Assembly (NCBI GenBank): GCA_963581435.1
Contig: CAUZOL010000001.1
Coordinates: 4,731-68,730, forward strand
Length of the DNA stretch: 64,000 nucleotides
Direction: 5' to 3'
Source of the DNA: Planctomycetota bacterium
GTDB lineage: Bacteria > Planctomycetota > Planctomycetia > Planctomycetales > Planctomycetaceae
Under the pieces are notes generated by a model. The model was given only the letters and a program-made list of their open reading frames with translations, made no database searches and had not been told where the DNA came from. Of the stretch, positions 35,229 through 43,421 are shown piece after piece (positions within the stretch are counted from its first letter, which is position 1; the number at the start of each line of letters is the position of its first letter). Position numbers and translations under genes: made by a program.

Positions 35229-38120
35229 TCAATCCGATTTTTCGGCGGAATCAGGCTTCGGTTGCCGCTTATCTTCAGCTTGCGGAGCGCGGGTGAATTT
35301 TGTCAGGTCAGCACCGACGTCGCTGCCGCGCGACGCGCCACCAACCGAGGGGTTGTCGGTTGCATCCGCATCCAGTTTGAGATCATCGGCCGTCAACGTG
35401 ACGAACGGTTTCTTCCACCAGGAGGAATCCCAGACGATCGGATCGGCATGCGGATCGAGTTCGTTTCCGCCGCCCCAAGTTGAATTCCAGCGGTCGAAGT
35501 CGAATGACGTGGTTTCGACGGCATCCAGTTCGCTGGTAATCGTCCAAAACATGGTGAATCGGTCATAGAAAGTGTGTTCACCGCTCCACCTGAGCAGCTT
35601 GCGAAAGTCATTCGCGTCTGTACTGCCATTCATCGCAATCAGAGGGCGCTCTGTGTTGGTGGTAAAAATATTGTTTCGCGAGACGACTTTGACGGGTAGC
35701 ACGTCACGAGAATCACTTCCGATACTCCAGCGAATCAGACCGTGTCCCAAAAGCCCTGTAACGTGTTCTATCTGCAATTCGAGATCGGCTTCTTCCTGGG
35801 GCATTTCGAGATTGCCAACAACGGACAACAAGGACCCATCGATGGCGATGGCCGACCGCTCGACGAAAAACCGGCCTGGCCGTGTATGCGCGACATGAAA
35901 AAGATCGCAGCCACCGCGGACAAGCGTGTCGGTCAGTTTGATCTCAAACTCGGCGCGAGGCCCAAGAGGCTGCTCTTTCATCATTTTCATGTCGGGCAAG
36001 TTGGCGCTCGGTCCCGTAGTCAACTCGATCAAAGTCGGTGGCGACTGTCCGCCGGAATTGTCAAATGAGACCGATTCGGCTGCGTTGTCGAATGTGACCT
36101 GGACGTCATTCAGACGCAACTGCTCGGCTCCCTGCAGGCTGAACAGCGCCCACTCGAGACTCGAGTCGACGTTGTTGGGAAGAACGACGTGGATATCGAG
36201 GTTGATCAACTCAACCGACGTGCCAAACCCGCCGATGAGCGTGATGAGTCGCGTCTGCATTTCGCCAGCGGAATCGATGAGTGGCCGAAACTCAATCACC
36301 GGCCGGAACCCCTTTTCGCCGCGAATGGTAATTCGCTTGTCGGCCAATCGCACCGGCTTTTCCGGATTGGTTCGCGGGCCGTTGTAACGCAGAACAATCA
36401 CACTGCCGTCGATCGCTTGGCTGCAGGCTGCTTCCAGCGTTTTGAAAATCTTCGGCTCCGACTCGCCAGGCGTTGTGAGCGAAATCTGCGGTTGCTCCCG
36501 AACGGCAGAAGGAAATATCTCCGTCTTTGGAGGTGTGTTGGTCGTGTCCTTCGGGACGGTTGCCGCTTTGGCGGGCGGCTTTGGCGGGCCTTTGTCGTTG
36601 GAGTTGATGGCGGCGACGCTCGTTGGAGCGTCAGGCGACGGACTTGTTTCTTGGGGCAATTCGATCCGACGAGTCTTAATCGCCGGGACACCATCATCGA
36701 CATTGGTCGGCCCCTCTGTTCGTAGATTGGCCGATCCGGGTGATCCACCGCCAACAAGAAGCGGCTGTTTGCCGTCCGCGAAGCCAGGCCCGGTGTTGTT
36801 AGCGAGGTTGCCCGATGTCGTACTTGAGTTCCCACGATCATCAACCGACTTCGATTGCTCCGTAGAATTCGAGGCAACGTCGCCGAGTCCGAAATTCAAC
36901 TTGTCGCCAAAGCGATCAAGCAGGAAGACGATCAGAACCAACGCGGCGGCGGTCACCATCCAACCGAAGTTCCGACGAAGAAAACCGGGAGGACGTTCGG
37001 TCATTTCGGCGGCCCAGACCAAGCCGTCCGGGCTGACGGTGCGAATTCCCAGCTGACCGGCGACAGCCATCAGATCGTTAACGAGATCGTCGGCGTCGCG
37101 GTGCCGACGGCTGGGCTCACTCGCCATCATTTTTTGGACAATGGCCGACACCTGAGACGGTACGCGGCTGTTCTTTCGGGCCGGATCCGGGGGTTCTTTG
37201 CTGTCGTGCTTCAACAGTTTTTGATACATCGTCCCATCGGGATAGGGCGGCTCGCCGGTCAACATATGGTAGAGCGTGCATCCCAGGGAATAAATATCAC
37301 TACGGACATCGACGTTTCGCGGGTCTCGGGCCTGCTCGGGCGAGATGTAGTCGAAGGTTCCGAGTGTCGTTCCGACGACCGTGAGTTCATCGACCGATTC
37401 GGAATACTCCTTGCGTGCCAATCCGAGATCGACGAGCTTCGCACGCCCAACCGGCGTAACGATGATATTTGACGGTTTGACGTCACGATGAACGACGCCG
37501 GCCGCCGACGTATGTTTTAGCGCGGCGGCGACCTGCAGTGTGTAGTTAATCGCCTCGGCTGGGTCGAGTCGCCCTTTATCACGAATGAGCTCCCGAATAT
37601 TAATTCCAGTGACGTACTCATAGGCGATGAAATGCAGCCCGTCGTCTTCGCCGACGTAAAAGACACGGGCAATGTTGTCGTGGTCGAGTTGGGCCGAAGC
37701 ACGGGCTTCGTTGATAAACCGCTGGACGGCATTCTGAGTCTGCGACTGGTCGGATGCGAGTATTTTAAGAGCAACGACACGCTGTAGACGCTGATCGACC
37801 GCACGATAAACGGCCCCCATTCCGCCGCGAGCAATCGGCTCCTCGATGACAAAATGCGCCAGTTCGACGCCTGCCGGACCGAGTGGATACAAATCGGCTC
37901 CAGGGGACTCACTCGATCCCGCTTCATCGCCGGCAAACAATCGCCTGCGTTTGGCAAGCGCAGAAGGGGGTAGCTCGCGGCTTTCGGTCGGCACCGTCGT
38001 CCGCCGATCGGTTGTGAAGACCGTCTTGGAGCCAAGCGACGAAGGGGGCTTCCCCGTAAAGTCGAGCGGAGCCACCGCTTGGTGCGAACCGGATTGTTCG
38101 GAGTCCTGCTGGATGCTCAT
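35229..38120 (-). CDS. membrane Ser/Thr protein kinase with a large extracytoplasmic C-terminal domain
   Basis: 963 aa. Kinase motifs GGMGAVYRA, VALK, HRDVKPSN, DLGLA, SPEQ. One TM segment (GWMVTAAALVLIVFLL), a Pro/Thr-rich linker, and a ~450-aa domain of unknown fold. Confidence 0.85.
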   Translation of the reverse strand: MSIQQDSEQSGSHQAVAPLDFTGKPPSSLGSKTVFTTDRRTTVPTESRELPPSALAKRRRLFAGDEAGSSESPGADLYPLGPAGVELAHFVIEEPIARGGMGAVYRAVDQRLQRVVALKILASDQSQTQNAVQRFINEARASAQLDHDNIARVFYVGEDDGLHFIAYEYVTGINIRELIRDKGRLDPAEAINYTLQVAAALKHTSAAGVVHRDVKPSNIIVTPVGRAKLVDLGLARKEYSESVDELTVVGTTLGTFDYISPEQARDPRNVDVRSDIYSLGCTLYHMLTGEPPYPDGTMYQKLLKHDSKEPPDPARKNSRVPSQVSAIVQKMMASEPSRRHRDADDLVNDLMAVAGQLGIRTVSPDGLVWAAEMTERPPGFLRRNFGWMVTAAALVLIVFLLDRFGDKLNFGLGDVASNSTEQSKSVDDRGNSSTTSGNLANNTGPGFADGKQPLLVGGGSPGSANLRTEGPTNVDDGVPAIKTRRIELPQETSPSPDAPTSVAAINSNDKGPPKPPAKAATVPKDTTNTPPKTEIFPSAVREQPQISLTTPGESEPKIFKTLEAACSQAIDGSVIVLRYNGPRTNPEKPVRLADKRITIRGEKGFRPVIEFRPLIDSAGEMQTRLITLIGGFGTSVELINLDIHVVLPNNVDSSLEWALFSLQGAEQLRLNDVQVTFDNAAESVSFDNSGGQSPPTLIELTTGPSANLPDMKMMKEQPLGPRAEFEIKLTDTLVRGGCDLFHVAHTRPGRFFVERSAIAIDGSLLSVVGNLEMPQEEADLELQIEHVTGLLGHGLIRWSIGSDSRDVLPVKVVSRNNIFTTNTERPLIAMNGSTDANDFRKLLRWSGEHTFYDRFTMFWTITSELDAVETTSFDFDRWNSTWGGGNELDPHADPIVWDSSWWKKPFVTLTADDLKLDADATDNPSVGGASRGSDVGADLTKFTRAPQAEDKRQPKPDSAEKSD

Positions 38121-38290
38121 TTGATTTCGGTTTCGTGTTGGACGTGCCGTAATCTTAAAACGTATCCGTCGGCCCGAAACAGTTGCAAGAAGATTAGCGA
38201 GCTTCGCCGAAACGGCTCATTTTCCAAAATTGACTCGCGCTGAAACCATCCCCATCGGGTGTCTGAACTCAAGTCGTCAAATCGTGCTGA

Positions 38291-38336
38291 GAAATTCACC
38301 CATAAAGGGAAATTCGCACAGAAGGGAAAATCACGC
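38291..38336. promoter_or_regulatory. three imperfect direct repeats upstream of the kinase gene
   Basis: GAAATTCACCC (38291), GAAATTCGCAC (38309), GAAAATCACGC (38326). Spacing 18 and 17 nt, about 170-215 nt upstream of the kinase start. Confidence 0.3.
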
Positions 38337-38501
38337 AGAAACATGTCAAATTTCGAGGCGCCGCGGAGACGGCCCCTGGCAATCCCCTACTCAATTAGCC
38401 AAGCAGCCCGCCAAAACATTCGACGACATTTTCAGCGCAATCCTTGCTTTTCGTCGTTTATTCTGGTCATGCCGTTCGCGCTGCGACACAACAGGTATAC
38501 C

Positions 38502-38804
38502 TTATTCTTGAAAGGCGATCCGCGAGACGCTTCGCTCGATTGCCGTGTAGTATTCAGCGAGTTTTTCGTGCAGCTGATTTGTAAAGTCTTCCGACTTCAG
38601 CACTTCGGCCACCTGGTTGCGAACTGTGAGATCCGCGATTTGATCGTATTCAGGATCGCCAGGTGATGGAGAAACAAGACGTGATAGTCCCTGTGCCTTG
38701 GGGATGAACCCCTGGTCAATATGTTCGGCTAGCTCACGAGTGAGACGCTCGGCACCCTTAAATAGTTCACGCAAAGTGAGTTGATCGACCGCTCGCTCAG
38801 CCAT
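38502..38804 (-). CDS. hypothetical protein, 100 aa
   Basis: Only plausible ORF in a relatively AT-rich 1-kb stretch. Helical-looking sequence with no recognisable motif. Confidence 0.35.
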   Translation of the reverse strand: MAERAVDQLTLRELFKGAERLTRELAEHIDQGFIPKAQGLSRLVSPSPGDPEYDQIADLTVRNQVAEVLKSEDFTNQLHEKLAEYYTAIERSVSRIAFQE

Positions 38805-39161
38805 AAAGCACGATCTTTCATCCGAGGTTTCGGCGGCATGCCTCGATCATCGCGACTGGTTGCCGCCCAATATTGGAAGCCAATCCGCTGGCGACAATTC
38901 AAGCCACCAGCCTTCGCGATGACCTCCCACTGACACACTCGACCGTTATAGTGTGTATTAGACACATGCCGATACCCAACCGTCAAGATCCTTACCGACA
39001 CGATTTGCAGTAACTGGTTTCACATTGCATAGTTACAAATTTCACCGGAGCCAACTCCGGGTAGTAAAACCGCTGGAAACTTTTGTCATTTTGTTACAAA
39101 AACGGGTGTCGAAACTTATTCGTTGGTTGCGCGGCCGGGCATTGCCCTCATTGGAAACCGC

Positions 39162-39863
39162 ATGAAGATTCTCTTACTGGCAGACGTCCACTCCAATTGG
39201 CAGGCCCTCTCTGCCATCAAAGAGACGTTTGACGCCTGCCTGTTTGTGGGCGATTTTGTCGATTACGCGACCGACCCCGTTCCGTGCATTGAATGGGGCC
39301 GCGCACACGTAACTGCCGGTGTTCGAGGCAATCATGACCACGCAGTCGCTCAGCGAATTACGGCGAACGGTGAGAAGGGACTTCGGCAGTTGGCGGCCGC
39401 CACGCGTCCCATTCATTGGCAACTAATGCGATCGAGCCACATGCGATACCTTTCAAGGTTGCCGGTGACACAGCGTGTCACAGTCGATGAAAAATCGTTT
39501 CATCTGGTCCACGGCACGCCACGCGATCCACTCGATGAATATCTTTCCGACGATGCCGACGGATGGCAGGAACGGCTGGCGGCGATTGATGTCGATTTTG
39601 TTTGTGTTGGTCACACGCACGTTCCCTTTCATCTGGATCTAGGTCGCATTCAGGTGATAAATCCCGGCAGTGTGGGACAACCGCGCGACGGTGATCCGCG
39701 GGCGGCCTACGCAGTCATCGAAGATGGGAAAGTTGAACTGCGGCGTGTGAAGTATGACATCGACGCGACGGTGGATCAGATGCGCGCACAGGGAATCAAC
39801 GGGACGGCGTTGGAAATGGCAGAGTCGATTCTGCGGACCGGCGGGTTGATGAAAGACTCGTAG
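39162..39863 (+). CDS. metallophosphoesterase (YfcE/MJ0936-like)
   Basis: ATG 39162 gives MKILLLADVHSN. Motifs GDFVDY, GNHD, VHGTP, GHTH. Confidence 0.8.
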   Translation: MKILLLADVHSNWQALSAIKETFDACLFVGDFVDYATDPVPCIEWGRAHVTAGVRGNHDHAVAQRITANGEKGLRQLAAATRPIHWQLMRSSHMRYLSRLPVTQRVTVDEKSFHLVHGTPRDPLDEYLSDDADGWQERLAAIDVDFVCVGHTHVPFHLDLGRIQVINPGSVGQPRDGDPRAAYAVIEDGKVELRRVKYDIDATVDQMRAQGINGTALEMAESILRTGGLMKDS

Positions 39864-39931
39864 TGACCGCATTCATGCGGTCGCAAAAAGATACGACCAT
39901 CTCCGCAGCACTCCGGTCACCCTACCCAGTG

Positions 39932-40954
39932 TCATTTTCGCTGACTGCTACGCGTGCGCTGCACTTCCCAGCCGCGCTGCACAAGTGGACGACGGGAGAT
40001 TTCCTGCCAGTGCCGAATGTCGATTTCGTACGGTCCATGCGGATCGTCAAACTTGCCGAAATCGGCCTGATACTTTTTTAATCGCCCGATTTTTTTTGTC
40101 GGGTCCAATTCGCCGGGATGGTCCGAACCCGGTGCGCGTCCCCACAAAATGTGCGACCCATCCGTCGTCAACAGTTCCAATTGCACATCGGCAACTGACT
40201 GAGTGGCGGCCTTCTGCCGCGGCGCGTAAATGGCTGCCAGTTTTAACTGCTCCCACTCTGCCTCCAGGACACCGGCCAATCGTGCAGCCGCCACCACGGT
40301 CGTGTCGCCCCACATTTCTCCGGCCGGACCGAGCGGCATCGACTTCACATTCAGAATCAGCGGATATTGCTCCGTTTCGGCGACGGAGAAGTCGGCGGGC
40401 GGGAGCAGGCGTCCTTCGACGTCCACCGGATAGACACCTTGTTGAACCTTAATCATCGCAATGGGAACGCGGTAACGCAGTGTCACCGTCAATCGTGCAG
40501 GCACTGCCTTCTTGACCTCAACAACGTCGGCGACCCACGGATGTCGCCCAAACGACTCCGCGACCCGCGAAACTAAACACTCGTCCAGTAGCAAAAGCTC
40601 ATTCGGCAACTCGGCCTGTTCAACCACCTGCTGGACCAGGTCTTCGGGAACAAATCGCGGGGGCTGGTTGATGGAAATGTCGGCGGCCCGAATGCGATAC
40701 GCCGGCTGCTCGTTCAAATTCGGTAGCCGCTTGAGGCAAAATGGAATTGCTGCCGTTAGTCCAACGGCGACTGCCAACGAGAGAAGTATCCGGGGCCGAA
40801 ACATCATTCGCGTCAACAAGTTTCCTACCGCAGGCGCGTCTGCCGCCAATTCTGCGGCCGCCTTCTTCGCATCAGCTTTGTTGCGTTTTTTTGCCGCCAT
40901 AGTGCCATCGATTTCTTCAGAATCGTGATTGGTGTGCGCGGACAATCGGCGCAA
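39932..40954 (-). CDS. FtsQ/DivIB-like bitopic protein (POTRA-like region)
   Basis: Basic cytoplasmic N-terminus, one TM segment (ILLSLAVAVGLTAAIPF), then Y-R-I..I.I......V.....V.......L......V...V...PWV..V.V.K..P..L.V.L.YR.PIA, the order seen in FtsQ. Alternative start at 40900. Confidence 0.5.
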   Translation of the reverse strand: MRRLSAHTNHDSEEIDGTMAAKKRNKADAKKAAAELAADAPAVGNLLTRMMFRPRILLSLAVAVGLTAAIPFCLKRLPNLNEQPAYRIRAADISINQPPRFVPEDLVQQVVEQAELPNELLLLDECLVSRVAESFGRHPWVADVVEVKKAVPARLTVTLRYRVPIAMIKVQQGVYPVDVEGRLLPPADFSVAETEQYPLILNVKSMPLGPAGEMWGDTTVVAAARLAGVLEAEWEQLKLAAIYAPRQKAATQSVADVQLELLTTDGSHILWGRAPGSDHPGELDPTKKIGRLKKYQADFGKFDDPHGPYEIDIRHWQEISRRPLVQRGWEVQRTRSSQRK

Positions 40955-41073
40955 CGACCACGTTGAATAGGTTCGACTTGCGGTAGCGACTGGCTGAATG
41001 CCAAGACAGAGATTGCGAGCTAAAATGGGGCCGGTGGACCGACTCTGCGGAATAGGCGATCCTTACGGTCGCC

Positions 41074-41940
41074 TTACTCTGCCTCGGCGTATGTCAGGAA
41101 TCCACGAACGGCGGCGAGAAAGGCTTCCGGTTCGTCGGCGGCAATGGAATGCGAGCTGTGCGCAAAGATTTTCAAGTGCGCACGCGGAATCCGTTCGGCA
41201 ATCAACCGCGAATGATTCGGCGGACAAATCCAGTCGTGCGCGCCGGTCATCACCAGTGTGGGACACGTGATCGTCGAGAGCTGTTCGGTGTAGTCGAACG
41301 TGCGCAGGAAGCCGGCGAATCCGCGATTGAGTTGGTCGAAATTGCGGATACCGAGGCTCCAGCTGTCTTCAAATTTGTCGGGATCGAAGGACACGGCATA
41401 CTGCGGGGCCATCAGCCGGTAGTATTCTTTGAGTTGTTCGAGCGACTCAAAGTTGCCGTCCCACAGCCGCCGACAGATTGCGATTTGTTCGGGCGTACCA
41501 CGCTTTTCCACAATCCGCTTCGCATCTTCCATGAAACGGAAACTGGGTGAGGTTGCAACCAAAATCAAATTGGCGACACGATCGGGATACCGAATGGCGT
41601 AACCCAACGCGACCATTCCGCCGTAGGACGAGCCGAGAATTGAAATCCGTTCGAGGCCGAAATGTTGCCTGAGCGCTTCGAGGTCGTCGATATTATTGTC
41701 GAGCGTCCACGAATCGGGGTCAGTGTCGCGACTGCGCCCCGAGCCGCGATGATCGACGTAAACCAATTGTGCCGTATCGCTGAGCGCAGCCGGTGTCGTC
41801 TTGAAACCCGAATGGTCACCGCCCGGTCCGCCGTGCAGCAGAAACAGGCAAGGCCGCTCAACGAGTTCACCATTCACCGGCACCAGCCGCATGCCGTCGA
41901 TGTCGTAGAAGATTTCCGTGCCACGAATTTTGGCGTACAT
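41074..41940 (-). CDS. alpha/beta hydrolase, prolyl aminopeptidase (S33) family
   Basis: LFLLHGGPGG oxyanion region and nucleophile elbow LGSSYGG. Confidence 0.8.
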   Translation of the reverse strand: MYAKIRGTEIFYDIDGMRLVPVNGELVERPCLFLLHGGPGGDHSGFKTTPAALSDTAQLVYVDHRGSGRSRDTDPDSWTLDNNIDDLEALRQHFGLERISILGSSYGGMVALGYAIRYPDRVANLILVATSPSFRFMEDAKRIVEKRGTPEQIAICRRLWDGNFESLEQLKEYYRLMAPQYAVSFDPDKFEDSWSLGIRNFDQLNRGFAGFLRTFDYTEQLSTITCPTLVMTGAHDWICPPNHSRLIAERIPRAHLKIFAHSSHSIAADEPEAFLAAVRGFLTYAEAE

Positions 41941-41983
41941 GATGCTGCCCCCGTCAACTGTGTCGATCAGAAACCCGCGAAAC

Positions 41984-42016
41984 AGAAACCCGGTTTTTTC
42001 AAAAAACCGGGTTTCT
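41984..42016. repeat. 33-nt perfect palindrome in the enolase / hydrolase spacer
   Basis: AGAAACCCGGTTTTTT-C-AAAAAACCGGGTTTCT (16+1+16). An extra GAAACCCG word lies upstream and CCGGGTT downstream. Confidence 0.85.
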
Positions 42017-42025
42017 CGAACCGGG

Positions 42026-43153
42026 TTAACCCTTTGCGGCCGCGCGGTAGCGTTCCATCTTTTCCCAATCGACGGTGACCCCCAGCCCCGGCTTATCGGG
42101 AATGGTGCAGGTGTTTCCTTCGATGGCGAGCGGCTCGGTCACAATGCGGTCTTCGTGATACCACGGCCCGAGAATGTCGCCGGGGAATTCTTCGACCTGC
42201 ATATTCTGCAGGCCAATGGTCAGGTGACCCATCGCGGCGGTGGCGAGATCCCACTCCAGGTTCGAGCCGATACTGCAGGCCACACCGTGTTCGGCGGCAA
42301 ACTTCACAATCTCGGCCGACTTGCGAATGCCACCGTTTTTTCCGGGGTAAACGCTGATGACGTCACAGCCCTTGTTGCGAATCACTTCGCGGGCATGCAC
42401 GAGATCGAAGCACATGTCGTCGGCCATCACCGGCACATCGACCGCGCTGCGGAGTTTGGCAATGGCGGCGTAGTCGCCGTCGGGTGTTGGCTGCTCGATG
42501 AGCGAGAGATTGCAATCTTCGAGTTCTTTGCAGCAGCGGATGGCGGTCTCGCAATCCCAACCGCAGTTGGCATCGATCACCATTTTGATATCGGGGCCGA
42601 TCGCTGCGCGGACCGCTTTGACGCGGGCGATGTCTTCGGCGGGAACGGTTCCCACCTTCACTTTGATCGTGGTGAAACCCCAACCGACGCGCTCGACCGC
42701 TTTGGCCGCCGCTGTCTCCGGATCGTAGGCGGCCATCGAGAATCGCGCGGGAATGGTTAGCGAGCGATGCGGCCCGCCGAGCAGTTCGTAAACCGGTTTC
42801 GATTCCGCAATTCCGCGAATATCCCAGCAGGCCATCTCGATGGCGGCCTTCGTAAACCAGTTATGATTGACGACGCGATCCATCACGTGGTCAATCGCTT
42901 CAACGTCCAGCGGATCGAGTCCAATGACCGCCGGTGCCAGTATGTCTTCGATGATTGCTTTCGCTGTGGCCGATGTTTCGCCACTCCAGCGCGGCATGGT
43001 GGTCGCTTCGCCCGCACCGGAAATGCCCTCGTCGGTATCGACGCGCACAATAAGAAACGGTGAGACACGATGCGATCCCTTCGAGCCTTTGATCGCCAGT
43101 TCCGGCCGAACGACAATTTCGGCCGGATAAGTTTCAATACGGGTGATCTTCAT
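42026..43153 (-). CDS. enolase-superfamily enzyme (mandelate racemase/muconate lactonizing family; dipeptide-epimerase-like)
   Basis: 375 aa. KVKVG, DANCGW, LIEQP and MADDM metal/catalytic blocks in the usual order. Confidence 0.85.
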   Translation of the reverse strand: MKITRIETYPAEIVVRPELAIKGSKGSHRVSPFLIVRVDTDEGISGAGEATTMPRWSGETSATAKAIIEDILAPAVIGLDPLDVEAIDHVMDRVVNHNWFTKAAIEMACWDIRGIAESKPVYELLGGPHRSLTIPARFSMAAYDPETAAAKAVERVGWGFTTIKVKVGTVPAEDIARVKAVRAAIGPDIKMVIDANCGWDCETAIRCCKELEDCNLSLIEQPTPDGDYAAIAKLRSAVDVPVMADDMCFDLVHAREVIRNKGCDVISVYPGKNGGIRKSAEIVKFAAEHGVACSIGSNLEWDLATAAMGHLTIGLQNMQVEEFPGDILGPWYHEDRIVTEPLAIEGNTCTIPDKPGLGVTVDWEKMERYRAAAKG

Positions 43154-43265
43154 GGTGTTCCTTATTGATGGTGCTGTTCCCGTCGATTGCGCCGATCAGA
43201 AACTGGTTCGCCGCGACGTGCTAGTGTTGCGTCAAGATAAAAAAGTCGGGTCAGCGGCTAAAATG

Positions 43266-43332
43266 GTAACCCGAAGCGTAAGCGAGGGATGGCGTGAAGT
43301 GCAGGTTCGTCCTCGCTTACGCTTCGGGTTAC
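43266..43332. repeat. family-A long hairpin repeat, copy 3
   Basis: Perfect 22-bp arms GTAACCCGAAGCGTAAGCGAGG / CCTCGCTTACGCTTCGGGTTAC with a 23-nt loop. Confidence 0.85.
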
Positions 43333-43421
43333 TATGTCCCAGCTCTACCCGCAAAACAAAACTTGACAAAGCACCAGCACGTCGCGGCTAACCAAATTGA
43401 TGTGTTTTCCAGTAGTTTTTC

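Noticed and set aside
39866-39883. Hairpin GACCGCAT-TC-ATGCGGTC after the phosphoesterase stop, considered as an intrinsic terminator
   Set aside because: No U-tract follows on either strand, and the loop is too small for the full stem.
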